Source: Candidatus Omnitrophota bacterium
GTDB taxonomy: Bacteria > Omnitrophota > Gorgyraeia > Aquiviventales > Aquiviventaceae
Direction: 5' to 3'
DNA length: 64,000 nt
Assembly: GCA_016198905.1 (NCBI GenBank)
Contig: JACQHR010000032.1
Location: 10,390-74,389 of the forward strand
The notes beneath the pieces were generated by a model that had not been told where the DNA came from, did not search any database, and saw nothing but the letters and a program-made list of their open reading frames with translations. The translations under genes and the position numbers were made by a program. Position 1 is the stretch's first letter; every line of letters starts with the position of its first letter. This document shows positions 9,242-18,579 of this stretch, piece after piece.

Positions 9242-9600
9242 CGCGGGAGGCGCGTATGACGCGCCGGCAGTTTTGGATGGCCTGGGGATCCGGATGTCTC
9301 GCCGCGCTGGCGGGGAGCGGGGCCGTGCGGATGAGCATCGGAGTCCCGGTGCTCGTCGGGTACCAGGCAATACCGTGGTGGATGAGCTGGGTGGTGATGG
9401 TCGTCTCCGGAGCGTTATCTTGGAGGCTGGCACGGAAAGCGGGGAAAGCCAAAACCGAAGCATGGATGAGCGTGTGCGAGGTGTGCGATGGGGAAAATGA
9501 TGCCGAGCCAGCAGCCATGCGAGAGCAAGAAAGCATCGGTGAACCGAGCTGTGTCTGCGTCGACGTCTGCGAGGTGGGTCAAGAAGACGAGGACGAGTAG
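9229..9600 (+). CDS. Hypothetical membrane protein with an acidic Cys-containing tail
   Basis: Two hydrophobic segments, then a C-terminus CEVCDGENDAEP...SCVCVDVCEVGQEDEDE. The start is uncertain (alternative Met at 9256). Confidence 0.4.
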   Translation: MGRLTREARMTRRQFWMAWGSGCLAALAGSGAVRMSIGVPVLVGYQAIPWWMSWVVMVVSGALSWRLARKAGKAKTEAWMSVCEVCDGENDAEPAAMREQESIGEPSCVCVDVCEVGQEDEDE

Positions 9601-9734
9601 CGCCCACCAAGAAGGCACGCTGTGGAAGCGCAAGATGCGTAGCCTCGCGACGCGGCTGCCAAAAGGGAAGAGCAAGCGGGAACGGTCTCGCGCCCCGATG
9701 AAACGAGGATGAGGCCAAACGGCAGGAGGCCACG

Positions 9735-10190
9735 ATGGACGTTCGCGAGTTGATGACCCCTGATCCAGTAGCGTGTCTGCCGACGGAGAGTTGTGCGGCG
9801 GCCGGTGACATCATGCGGCGGCGCAACTGCGGTTTTGTTCCCATCGTGGAATCGCAGAGTACCAAGCGCATCATCGGCGTGGTCACGGACCGGGACCTGT
9901 TGTTGCACCTCACGGCGGTGGATCGCGCGCCGAGCCACGTGCCGGTGGAAGCCTGCATGACGAGGGCGGTGGAGTTCGTGGCTCCCAACGCAGGTCTCGA
10001 AGATGCCGCGCGCATTATGGAGCGGGCGGCGATCCATCGGCTGCCGGTCGTGGAAGACGGGCGTCTGGTCGGCATTCTCTCGTTGAAGGACATTGCGTTG
10101 GCAGCGAGAAAGCAGTGGGCGTATGCCGGCCCACACGTGGCCGAGCGGCAAATGACGGAGATTGTCGAAGCCATTGCGGCCGCGCGTTGA
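9735..10190 (+). CDS. CBS-domain pair protein
   Basis: Two CBS-like units (VRELMTPDPVAC...GVVTDRDLLLHL and ACMTRAVEFV...LVGILSLKDIA). An aggagg RBS precedes the ATG. Confidence 0.85.
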   Translation: MDVRELMTPDPVACLPTESCAAAGDIMRRRNCGFVPIVESQSTKRIIGVVTDRDLLLHLTAVDRAPSHVPVEACMTRAVEFVAPNAGLEDAARIMERAAIHRLPVVEDGRLVGILSLKDIALAARKQWAYAGPHVAERQMTEIVEAIAAAR

Positions 10191-10394
10191 GCGTCTCACG
10201 CAGTGGGGGGAGCTGATACGACAACAGGGCAGCCACAGTAACGGACAGCGCACGTCACGGATACGGAGGTGACCCAATGAGGGGCATTTCCAAGAAAGGG
10301 GCAGGTCGCGTGGCGATGAAGTGATGCGCAGGATGGGAAGGCCTACCTACGCTGCTGCATTGAGGAGTAAGATGGTCACGGGTGCCGGGAAGAC

Positions 10395-10997
10395 ATGTTA
10401 CGATTCAGACGCGCAATCCTCTTCATGGTCTGCGGGTTGGTTGTCCTCGCCGGGTGCGCAAGGTTCGAGAGGCGCGAGCGCCTCGCCATGCACAGTCAGG
10501 TCTTAACTGCGCCCAGTGACCGAGTGTGGGAGGCGGCCATTGCGGCAGCTGCGGAATTGGGGTATACGGTGTCCTCGGCGAATCAGACGCGCCGTGTGAT
10601 CGTCGCGTCTCGAGACTATCCGGAAGCCGCGTTTCGGGAGTATGTGGCGGATGCCATCGGGCGTTTGGAGCGACGGTGGTGGCGCCTTGAAGTGACGCTG
10701 ATTCTCTCGGTCACCGATGTGTCCCCCCAGCACACGCGCGTTGCGATCGAGGGGCGTCTCATGGGGCGTGCGAGCCCTGCGTTGCCTGGCGTGCAGCGAT
10801 CTGGACTGACCATCGTGCCGCTTGAGTCCAATGGACGGTTGGAGCAGCAGTTCCTAGAGCGCATCGCGACCGATGTGCGTCGTCGAAACGCGGCGCACGG
10901 ATTAATGAGGCCCCCAGGAGGCGACGCAATAGCCAGACGTTCATCCCACATCCTCCCTGACGCAGGTCATAGAACTTTACCGGCGGTCAAGGCATAG
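10395..10997 (+). CDS. Hypothetical lipoprotein
   Basis: Signal peptide with lipobox LVVLAGC. No recognisable catalytic motif. Confidence 0.5.
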   Translation: MLRFRRAILFMVCGLVVLAGCARFERRERLAMHSQVLTAPSDRVWEAAIAAAAELGYTVSSANQTRRVIVASRDYPEAAFREYVADAIGRLERRWWRLEVTLILSVTDVSPQHTRVAIEGRLMGRASPALPGVQRSGLTIVPLESNGRLEQQFLERIATDVRRRNAAHGLMRPPGGDAIARRSSHILPDAGHRTLPAVKA

Positions 10998-11112
10998 TTG
11001 TGATTGAGAGAAGGAAGTGGCAGGCGCGGGAAACTGAATCCAGCCCTGGCAAGTGCTTCCGGATCTCACCAGGGAAAGGAGGATGTTGGATGGCCCTGGA
11101 GGTTGGTTAGAC

Positions 11113-11167
11113 CCCTGGATTCACCGAGTACGCGCACGAGGCACGACGGTGGATCCAGGGTGTTTTT
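11113..11167 (+). terminator. Long hairpin plus T-run (terminator of the lipoprotein gene, or an attenuator upstream of the VIT1 gene)
   Basis: Arms ccctggattcacc (11113-11125) and ggtggatccaggg (11148-11160) pair at 12 of 13 positions. The hairpin is followed by tgtttttatt. Confidence 0.35.
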
Positions 11168-11390
11168 ATTGCTGTAATCTTCGAGAGACTGCTCCGCCTA
11201 GCAGGGCGCGAAACTTATGGGTCGCGGCGATCAAGGCTTTTGAGAGATTGGTTTCGGTAAGAATGCCGGCGAGGCCGTGGGAGGCGCAGGGATGGGCTCT
11301 AGCAAAACCCATAACAAGGAAGTCGTCAGCGTGTGCTACAATCGTGACGTTGTGATGGACAGCTGATTACGTGAAGGGACGAGGAGCGCC

Positions 11391-12146
11391 ATGAGTCTTG
11401 TTGAACAGCGCCGGCGGGAACACCACGGCGTCTCAGAAGCTGTCCGCAACCGGCTGCGCGAAGCCGTGTTCGGCACCCAAGATGGACTCATCTCGACGCT
11501 GGGCGCCCTGACGGGCATTGCCGCCGGCACGCAGAATGCCGAGGCGGTCGTGGTCGCCGGATTTGTCATTATCGCGGTGGAATCGCTGTCGATGGCCGCG
11601 GGGTCCTACTTATCGTCCAAATCGCAGCGCGAATACTTGGAGCGACTCCTGCGTGAGGAAGAGGCGGAAATCGCCAATGACCCTGAAGGCGAACGGCAGG
11701 AGATCTGGGAGATGTACAAGACGCGCGGTTACACCGATGAGGAAACCGCAATCATCGCCAAGCGACTCATGAGCGATCCCAAGCTCTTGCTAGAGGACAT
11801 GGCCCATAAGGAACTCGGCATCCTGCCGGGGTCGCTGGAAGAGCCGCTGGGGAATGCGCTTGTCATGGGGACGACGTACGTGATCGGCGGACTCATTCCC
11901 GTGTTGCCGTATCTGTTCTTGCCGATGTGGACCGCGATGCCGATTTCAATTATCGGCACGCTGCTGGCTCTCTTTCTCTTCGGAGGACTCAAGGGACGTG
12001 TGGTCAAGCAGGTGTGGTGGCGCAGCGGTCTTGAGATGCTCTTCATTGCCGGAGTGGCGGCACTCGTCGGATTCCTCATCGGCCGCGCAGCCGATCTGTG
12101 GATTACCCATCATCTTCCAGGAACGACGCCCTCCCTCACGTTCTAG
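11391..12146 (+). CDS. VIT1/CCC1-family Fe/Mn transporter
   Basis: Motif AVFGTQDGLISTLGALTGIAAG, a cytoplasmic acidic helix region (EEEAEIANDPEGERQEIWEMY) and a C-terminal TM bundle. 251 aa. Confidence 0.8.
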   Translation: MSLVEQRRREHHGVSEAVRNRLREAVFGTQDGLISTLGALTGIAAGTQNAEAVVVAGFVIIAVESLSMAAGSYLSSKSQREYLERLLREEEAEIANDPEGERQEIWEMYKTRGYTDEETAIIAKRLMSDPKLLLEDMAHKELGILPGSLEEPLGNALVMGTTYVIGGLIPVLPYLFLPMWTAMPISIIGTLLALFLFGGLKGRVVKQVWWRSGLEMLFIAGVAALVGFLIGRAADLWITHHLPGTTPSLTF

Positions 12147-12235
12147 CTGACGCGCACGTTCGTCGGCTCTTTGCTCGTCGTGGCAGTCTGATCTCCGTCA
12201 TAGACGTCGTTTCATGCCTTACGTATCGTAGGGGG

Positions 12236-12946
12236 ATGAACGAGATGCAGACCCTTCAGGAGTTGCCTCTGCTGCAGCATCTCTCGACGAAGCGGCGACA
12301 AGAGATCCTCGCGGCAGGATTGCTGGAACACTACGAGAAAGGCGCCGCGCTCTTTCATCAAGGGGAAGACGCCGCAGCGATTTGGCTCATCCTCAAAGGG
12401 TGGGTACATCTGGTGCGCGCCTCGACGCAGGCCGAAGACGGTGTCGTCATTTTTACCGTGACGCCGGATGAAATACTGTGCGGAGTGTCGGCGATTACGG
12501 CAGACCGGTACAATGTGAGCGCGGTCGCAGGGACGGCGTGCACGACATTTCGGATTCCTGCGGACATCTTTGACGACGCACTCCGTCATGAACCTACAGC
12601 TGCGTACGACGTCGCACAGCTCTGCATCCGGCGCATGCAGCACATCGCGCAGCAGTACGGGGCCATGGCCGAGCCGGTCGCCTCACGGATCGTCCGGACG
12701 ATTCTGCGCTTACGCACGCAATTCGGCAGCACGCTGCCTGTGACGCATCGAGAGCTGGCACAGATGTCGTGGACGACAACGGAAAGTGCGATCCGCTCAG
12801 TCCGGAAACTCAAACACGACGGGTACCTCACAGGTACGCGTGGGTTACTGACCGTTCGAAACGCCAACGCGTTGGCGCGCCTCGTCCATGAAAGCAACGG
12901 TCACGGCGGGCTCACTCCCGTGCTGCACGCATGTCATCGAGGGTAG
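12236..12946 (+). CDS. Crp/Fnr-family transcriptional regulator (second copy, no Fe-S Cys cluster)
   Basis: The ATG at 12236 follows a gtaggggg RBS; the ORF track's 12098 start overlaps the VIT1 gene. cNMP-like domain plus HTH (VTHRELAQMSWTTTESAIRSVRKLKHDG). Confidence 0.8.
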   Translation: MNEMQTLQELPLLQHLSTKRRQEILAAGLLEHYEKGAALFHQGEDAAAIWLILKGWVHLVRASTQAEDGVVIFTVTPDEILCGVSAITADRYNVSAVAGTACTTFRIPADIFDDALRHEPTAAYDVAQLCIRRMQHIAQQYGAMAEPVASRIVRTILRLRTQFGSTLPVTHRELAQMSWTTTESAIRSVRKLKHDGYLTGTRGLLTVRNANALARLVHESNGHGGLTPVLHACHRG

Positions 12947-12981
12947 GCGTGTCAGCGTGAGTGCCGAGCCAGGAGGGTGCG

Positions 12982-14313
12982 ATGGCGGACCACAGCGAGA
13001 AGCTCAACGCCAGCGTTGCGCCGACCATCGCGTGGGATTCCTGCGATGGCATGATGGTGATCGACGCCTCCCGTCGCATTTGCGCGATGAATTCCTCCCT
13101 CGAAGCCTTGTTGGGGTGCCGGGCGAAGGATGTGATCGGCCAGCAGGAGTGCGGCGCGCTCCTTGCATGCAAAGATGATCACGGCTGTCCGCTGCGTCAT
13201 CGTCTCGAGAAATGTCCGGGGCATAGGGCGATTCAGACGGACGAACCGGTCAAAGCGATGGAATATTTCATTCGGGCAGCCGGCGGCCGTCGCATTGCGG
13301 TTAGCGCCAGTTATACACCCTTAGCCCCTCAGCTCGGCGGGCCGCGGTATGCGCTCGTCGTGCTCCGGGACATGACCGCGCAGAAACAGCGTGAGCTGCA
13401 GCTGACCCGTCGCGCGATGCGCGACGTCCTGACCGGCTTACCCAACCGTGCATACTTTCTCAACGCGTGTCGTCATGAGCTCATCCGCGCCGTGCGACAT
13501 CGCCATCCGCTCGCGGTCGCCATGGTCGACCTGGATGGCTTTAAGGTCTACAACGACACGTACGGTCACACGGAGGGCGATGAGCTCCTCAAAGATGTGG
13601 CACGGCTCCTCCAGACCGGACTTCGCCGGACGGAACTCGTGGCGCGTTTCGGGGGAGATGAGTTCGCGCTGCTGTTTCCGGAGACCGACCTGGAAGGGGC
13701 CAGGGTGGTTGCCGAGCGTGTGCGACAGCGAGTCTCACGGTTCCCGTTCCTTCGGGCGGCCCACGGTTCTGGCATCGCGCCAGCCTCGCTGACCCTCAGT
13801 ATTGGGATCGCCGTGTTTCCCGAGGATGGCATTACGGTGGAAGCGTTGCTGGGACGAGCCGACCGCCGCCTCTACGACGCCAAGGAAGCCGGGCGCAATT
13901 GTGTGATCGCTACTCCGCGTCGGGAAGAACGCCGACGAGAGCCGCGCATTCGCTTTGCGGGGCCGATCTTCCTGCGCTATCTTCACGGACGATTGCCGTG
14001 GGGCATCGTCGAAAAAGGCCTGACGCGAGACCTGAGTTTGCGCGGGGTGTATCTGATGGTGCCGGCGCGTGAAGCCGTGACGGTCGGAGGGGCCTGCATG
14101 CTCTCGCTCGGCATCCCAGTGCCGCGCCAGCACGAGTTTCCGATTTCTCGATTGACGACGCGCGGCCACATCGTTCGCATCGAACCGATTCCTCAGCCCC
14201 ACCCTTCCGATTTGCCGCTATCGGGTCTTGCCGTGGCCTTCGATGACGATCTGGTTATGGCAGTCCGGCCGTTCATCATCTCCAACCATTCCCTCGACCG
14301 CGCAGCACGGTAA
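12982..14313 (+). CDS. PAS - GGDEF diguanylate cyclase - PilZ fusion protein
   Basis: RBS aggaggg lies 6 nt before ATG 12982. PAS-like N-terminus with a 4-Cys patch (CGALLACKDDHGCPLRHRLEKCPGH). GGDEF active site RFGGDEFALLF. C-terminal PilZ motifs RRREPR (RxxxR) and DLSLRG (DxSxxG). Confidence 0.8.
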   Translation: MADHSEKLNASVAPTIAWDSCDGMMVIDASRRICAMNSSLEALLGCRAKDVIGQQECGALLACKDDHGCPLRHRLEKCPGHRAIQTDEPVKAMEYFIRAAGGRRIAVSASYTPLAPQLGGPRYALVVLRDMTAQKQRELQLTRRAMRDVLTGLPNRAYFLNACRHELIRAVRHRHPLAVAMVDLDGFKVYNDTYGHTEGDELLKDVARLLQTGLRRTELVARFGGDEFALLFPETDLEGARVVAERVRQRVSRFPFLRAAHGSGIAPASLTLSIGIAVFPEDGITVEALLGRADRRLYDAKEAGRNCVIATPRREERRREPRIRFAGPIFLRYLHGRLPWGIVEKGLTRDLSLRGVYLMVPAREAVTVGGACMLSLGIPVPRQHEFPISRLTTRGHIVRIEPIPQPHPSDLPLSGLAVAFDDDLVMAVRPFIISNHSLDRAAR

Positions 14314-14491
14314 TTGACAAGAGCGCTCCGCCCCTAGATGAATCGCCGTCGAGAATAATTATGACGGCAATCATATACAGGCAAGCAGGTTCTGCGTAAC
14401 CTTGGAAGTGCAACGGGACTGAAGTGACGGCTGGCAGCGGGATCTGCGAGGGTGCGGGAGGTGCCGCCCACGAAAAGACGGGAGGGCCCAA

Positions 14492-15193
14492 ATGAAAGCC
14501 GTCGAGCGGTTGCAACGGGACCATAAAATTCTGCGGGCCAAGCTTGACGTCCTGGAGTCTGCGCTTCGCATGGGGCCGCAGACGTGGTATGTGTTGCGGG
14601 AAACATGTTTCACCCTCTCGCGGCAGTTGCGCGATCACATCCGGCGCGAGGATGACCTCGTGGCCGCGTGCCGTATGGCGATGAATCCCAAGATCTTGGC
14701 CGAGGTGGTCGTGGCGCATCACGACGAGCCTGAGCATTTGCGGATGATCAATCGGCTGTTTGTGAGCGAAGGGCAGCGATCATTTGATCAGATTCAGGAA
14801 GCGCTGACGCAGGTGATCGAGGGGTTGCGGCGGCATATGAGCGAAGAAGAAGCGGAGTTGTTTCCTATTTTCGATCGCGTCCTCACCGATCAGGATGCTA
14901 TCGCAGGCGTGTCGACGGAGCCGCCGGCGCGCTTTGAGGAAACGATGACGGTCAATCGAATCATCCAGCAGTGTCCACAGACAAAGCCTGTCTTCGAGCA
15001 GCTCTTCATCAACATTCCGGTGGAAGGATGCACTTGCCTCGATGAAGTGGCGTGGCGGCATGGAGTGGAGAGTCGCGACCTCGTGCACCATCTGGAAGAG
15101 GTTGCGCACTCCTGTGAATGCGCCCACAAGGTGACGGCAACAGAGGAAAGCAACCTGACGCTTCAGCTGAGTGAGGCCAAGGAAAGCACCTGA
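14492..15193 (+). CDS. Hemerythrin-like (HHE) domain protein with C-terminal DUF1858/ScdA_N-like domain
   Basis: N-terminal helical His/Glu motifs (RDHIRREDD, HHDEPEH, RRHMSEEEAELFP). C-terminal segment MTVNRIIQQCPQTKPVFEQLFINIPVEGCTCLDEVAWRHG. The domain order is reversed relative to YtfE/ScdA (RIC) proteins. Confidence 0.65.
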   Translation: MKAVERLQRDHKILRAKLDVLESALRMGPQTWYVLRETCFTLSRQLRDHIRREDDLVAACRMAMNPKILAEVVVAHHDEPEHLRMINRLFVSEGQRSFDQIQEALTQVIEGLRRHMSEEEAELFPIFDRVLTDQDAIAGVSTEPPARFEETMTVNRIIQQCPQTKPVFEQLFINIPVEGCTCLDEVAWRHGVESRDLVHHLEEVAHSCECAHKVTATEESNLTLQLSEAKEST

Positions 15194-15258
15194 GACGTGC
15201 TCCGTCTGTGGAGGCGTCGGGGTGCAAGTTTCTCGCCAGGCTTCCGTAAGAAGATACA

Positions 15259-15287
15259 TTGACACGAGTCGTCCGCATTTCTACTAT
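15259..15287 (+). promoter_or_regulatory. Putative sigma70-type promoter of nirK
   Basis: TTGACA (15259-15264), a 17-nt spacer, then TACTAT (15282-15287). It lies about 75 nt upstream of the nirK ATG. Confidence 0.35.
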
Positions 15288-15362
15288 AACTCTCTACATG
15301 CATGGAGCGCGGGAGGGTTTCGCGCGGCGTGACGACAGAAGCATGGAACAAGAGGAGGCGCG

Positions 15363-16403
15363 ATGCGTCGCTATGTGGCGGTGATCGTGAGTACCTTGTG
15401 GGTGTGGAGTAGCAGCCCCGTTGCCGACGCAAAACAAAAACACGCACTTCCCGTCGAGGAAGCCACCCTCACATTCGCGCCAGACGTGCCCCCGCCCATT
15501 ACGCGCAAGTCCCCGGCTCTTATCAAAGTCCATCTCGAGGGTGGCATGAAGGAGATGGCGCTGAGCGATACGGTCAAGTACAAGTTCTGGACGTTCAATG
15601 ATCATGTGCCCGGGCCCTTTATCCGCGCGCGCGTCGGCGATACATTGGAAATACATATGACCAACAGCGATGCCAGCGGGATGCCGCACAACGTTGATTT
15701 CCACGCCGTCACCGGTCCTGGAGGGGGTGCCACCGTCACAACCGCGGTGCAAGGCGAAGAAAAGGTCGCATGGTTCAAACTCCTCCACCCAGGCCTTTTC
15801 ATCTATCACTGCGCGGCCCCGCCCGTCATGGATCACATCGCCAATGGGATGTACGGGCTCATTCTCGTGGAGCCCGAGAAGGGGTTGCCCAAGGTCAACC
15901 GGGAGTTTTACGTGCTGCAAAGCGAGTTCTACACGAAGGATCCAGTGCAGGGTTCTGACGTGCTGGAGTTTTCGCACGAGGCAGGCTCGCAGGAGCATCC
16001 GCGGTTTGTGGTCTTCAATGGGCGGATGGGGTCGTTGATTGGTGAGCACGCGCTGAAAGCGAAAACCGGTGACGTCGTGCGAATCTACTTCGGCAACGCC
16101 GGGCCGAACCTCATCTCGTCCTTCCATGTGATCGGAGAAATCTTCGATAAGGTCTACCGCGAAAGCGATTTCATCAGCCCGCCGGGCCGCAGCATTCAGA
16201 CCACACTCGTGCCTGCGGGAGGCTCCACGACGGTGGAGTTCGGGGTCGAAGTCCCCGGCAACTACACGCTCCTCGACCACGCGATCTTCCGTGTCGAGAA
16301 GGGGGCGGTGGGGTATCTGAAAGTCGAAGGCCCGCCTCGGCATGACATCTACGTGTCCCAAGATGAGGCCACGGCTTGTCCAGGCTGTCTCGTCCACCCC
16401 TGA
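15363..16403 (+). CDS. nirK: Copper-containing nitrite reductase
   Basis: Signal peptide. Type-2 Cu motif HNVDFHAVTGPGGG. Type-1 Cu motif FIYHCAAPPVMDHIANGMYG. Two-cupredoxin size (346 aa). Confidence 0.9.
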   Translation: MRRYVAVIVSTLWVWSSSPVADAKQKHALPVEEATLTFAPDVPPPITRKSPALIKVHLEGGMKEMALSDTVKYKFWTFNDHVPGPFIRARVGDTLEIHMTNSDASGMPHNVDFHAVTGPGGGATVTTAVQGEEKVAWFKLLHPGLFIYHCAAPPVMDHIANGMYGLILVEPEKGLPKVNREFYVLQSEFYTKDPVQGSDVLEFSHEAGSQEHPRFVVFNGRMGSLIGEHALKAKTGDVVRIYFGNAGPNLISSFHVIGEIFDKVYRESDFISPPGRSIQTTLVPAGGSTTVEFGVEVPGNYTLLDHAIFRVEKGAVGYLKVEGPPRHDIYVSQDEATACPGCLVHP

Positions 16404-16422
16404 GTGAAGGGTGTGGGGCGCG

Positions 16423-16710
16423 TCAGATGCGCGCGGCGTGAGGGATCAGCGGGTGCGTATTCATAAACGCAATCCATTGGCGCCGGGCCGCAGCGAACGC
16501 CTTGCGTTGCATCGCCACCTGATGACGGAGTGTCGCGACGTACGCCTGTGAGCGCTCCGTCACCGTGACCTGCAAGTACCGCCACTCCTTCTCCAGCCGC
16601 TTCCATTCATATTCAGTGCGCGTTATCTCCAATGATAAGGCACCGTGCAGTGTCTCGTCGTGCACGGAATGGTTGCCCGCTTCCTCCTGGTGCGGTATGA
16701 TGCTAACCAT
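16423..16710 (-). CDS. Possible small helical protein (95 aa) hidden in a long antisense ORF
   Basis: This is the C-terminal part of track ORF 16423..17775(-). It lies in the nirK-nirA intergenic gap and does not overlap the revised nirA start (16738). By my own codon read-out, third positions are mostly G/C. Sequence MVSIIPHQEE...EYEWKRLEKEWRYLQVTVTERSQAYVATLRHQVAMQRKAFAAARRQWIAFMNTHP. No clear RBS. Confidence 0.3.
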   Translation of the reverse strand: MVSIIPHQEEAGNHSVHDETLHGALSLEITRTEYEWKRLEKEWRYLQVTVTERSQAYVATLRHQVAMQRKAFAAARRQWIAFMNTHPLIPHAARI

Positions 16711-16737
16711 AGTAGAAGCGACGTGAAAGGAATCCCC

Positions 16738-18507
16738 ATGGCTGAGACACTTGCCGATACCCGCCTCGAAGAGTTCCTCCGGGAAATGCCCCAGGCAACC
16801 AAAGAGGAAATCACCGAGTTTCGCCAGCTCGTGGAGCGCTACTTCTTGGGTCAGATCACGCCCGATGAGTTCAAGGCCAAGCGCCTCCACATGGGCACGT
16901 ACGGAATCCGCGGCGTCAAAGACATCCACATGATGCGGATCAAAATCCCCGCCGGCAAACTCAACGCCGAGCAGCTGGAGTGCCTCGCCGACCTCGCCGA
17001 GCAATATTCCAAGAGCATCGGGCACATCACGACGCGCCAGGATATGCAGTTGTACTGGATTCCAACCAAGGAGGCCCCGAAGGCGATCATCCGGGCCGCG
17101 GCGGTGGGGCTGACGACGCGCGAAGCCTGCGGCAACAGCGTGCGTAACGTGACCGCCTGCTACCTCGCCGGCGTGAGTCCGACGGAGCTGTTCGATGTGA
17201 CCCAGCACGCCGAGGCGGTGATGCGCCACTTCCTGCGCAATCCCTGCTCGCAAAAGCTGCCGCGCAAATTCAAGATCGCCTTCGAAGGCTGTCCGACCGA
17301 TCATGCCAAGACCGCGATCCACGACATCGGCGCGGTCGCGGCCGTCAAAGAAGAAGGCGGCACACGCATCCTCGGGTTCAAGATCTACGTCGGCGGAGGG
17401 TTGGGGGCGGCTCCGATGCAGGCGATCTTGCTGGAGCCCTTTACGCCGGCGACGGAGTTGCTCCGGACATGCGAGGCGGCGGTGCGCGTCCACGATCGGC
17501 TTGGCGATCGCAAGAACAAGGCGACCGCCCGCATCAAGTTTGTCGTGAAGCGCTTGGGGCCGGATGCGTTTCGGAAAGAAGTCTTCGAGGAGCGCGCGAA
17601 GCTGCCGCAGTATCCGTATCCTGAAATGCACGTGACTGAAACCAACGAACAGCCGCCCAAACCCGTCGACATCAAACCCGCCACGCCCGTCAACACCACC
17701 TACGCACGGTGGATGCTCACGAACGTCACCGGACAAAAGCAAGCCGGCTACTCCACCGTCATCATCCGGCTGCAACTTGGCGACATCTCCTCCTCGCAGA
17801 TGCGCGCGTTGGCCAAGATCATTCGACGCTACTGCGGCGGCATCGTCCGTACGATGATTACACAGAACTTAGCACTGCGCTGGATTCGTACCGAGCATCT
17901 CGCCCCACTTTTCAATGAGTTGCATGCGGTGGGGCTTGCCGAGCCGGAAGCGGAGCGGCTCTACGACGTGACCTCGTGTCCGGGTGCGGAGACCTGCCAA
18001 TTGGGTATTTCGGCCTCGAGAGGGCTCGCGCGGGCCTTGGAGGCGCGCTTGAAAGCCTCCGGCCTTGGGGGTGAGGACCTCGACCGGTTGCACATCAAAG
18101 TCAGCGGCTGTCCCAACTCGTGCGGGCAGCACCACATCGCGGATATCGGATTCTTCGGTGGCGCGAAAAAGGTCAACGACCATTTGACCCCGCACTTTCA
18201 GCTTATGCTCGGCGGTCTCGCGGAGGAAGGCAAGGCGGAATTTGGCCAGCCGATCTTGAAGCTACCGGCGCGTCGGATTCCTGATGCGGTCATCCGGATT
18301 CTCGAGCGCTATCGCCAGGATCGGCAGTCCGTGCAGGAGCCCTTCAAAATCTTCGCCAGGCGCGTTGGAATCGACTATTGGAAACGTACGCTCGAAGAGT
18401 TCACGACGCTGCCGGCCTATGAAACGTCGCCCGAAGCCTACCGCGATTGGGGCGCCGAAGAAGAGTTCTCCCTTGGCGGCATGGGGCCGGGGGAGTGCGC
18501 GGCGTAA
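16738..18507 (+). CDS. nirA: Ferredoxin-dependent siroheme nitrite/sulfite reductase (NirA-like)
   Basis: The ATG at 16738 follows aaagga. Siroheme-[4Fe-4S] Cys motifs are TSCPGAETCQLG and VSGCPNSCGQHH, and the half-domain is duplicated. Nitrite versus sulfite specificity cannot be decided by eye; the position next to nirK favours nitrite. Confidence 0.75.
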   Translation: MAETLADTRLEEFLREMPQATKEEITEFRQLVERYFLGQITPDEFKAKRLHMGTYGIRGVKDIHMMRIKIPAGKLNAEQLECLADLAEQYSKSIGHITTRQDMQLYWIPTKEAPKAIIRAAAVGLTTREACGNSVRNVTACYLAGVSPTELFDVTQHAEAVMRHFLRNPCSQKLPRKFKIAFEGCPTDHAKTAIHDIGAVAAVKEEGGTRILGFKIYVGGGLGAAPMQAILLEPFTPATELLRTCEAAVRVHDRLGDRKNKATARIKFVVKRLGPDAFRKEVFEERAKLPQYPYPEMHVTETNEQPPKPVDIKPATPVNTTYARWMLTNVTGQKQAGYSTVIIRLQLGDISSSQMRALAKIIRRYCGGIVRTMITQNLALRWIRTEHLAPLFNELHAVGLAEPEAERLYDVTSCPGAETCQLGISASRGLARALEARLKASGLGGEDLDRLHIKVSGCPNSCGQHHIADIGFFGGAKKVNDHLTPHFQLMLGGLAEEGKAEFGQPILKLPARRIPDAVIRILERYRQDRQSVQEPFKIFARRVGIDYWKRTLEEFTTLPAYETSPEAYRDWGAEEEFSLGGMGPGECAA

Positions 18508-18579
18508 GGCCCCTCATTGACCCTCGTCATAGACGACCGCGGCCATCCCACGTAGACTTGCCGGGATTGGGAGGTGGCG

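Noticed and set aside
11053-11355. 100-aa plus-strand ORF and a 48-codon minus-strand ORF in the VIT1 leader
   Set aside because: Neither has an RBS, a recognisable domain or convincing codon bias. They are treated as non-coding leader.
10998-11390. yybP-ykoY manganese riboswitch upstream of the VIT1/CCC1 gene
   Set aside because: I could not find the conserved GGGGAGUAG / GACAUA / GAGACC core elements by eye. A covariance-model scan would be needed to settle this.
15194-15362. FNR/Dnr box (TTGAT-N4-ATCAA) in the nirK promoter
   Set aside because: No such palindrome is present. Only a sigma70-like TTGACA-17-TACTAT was seen.
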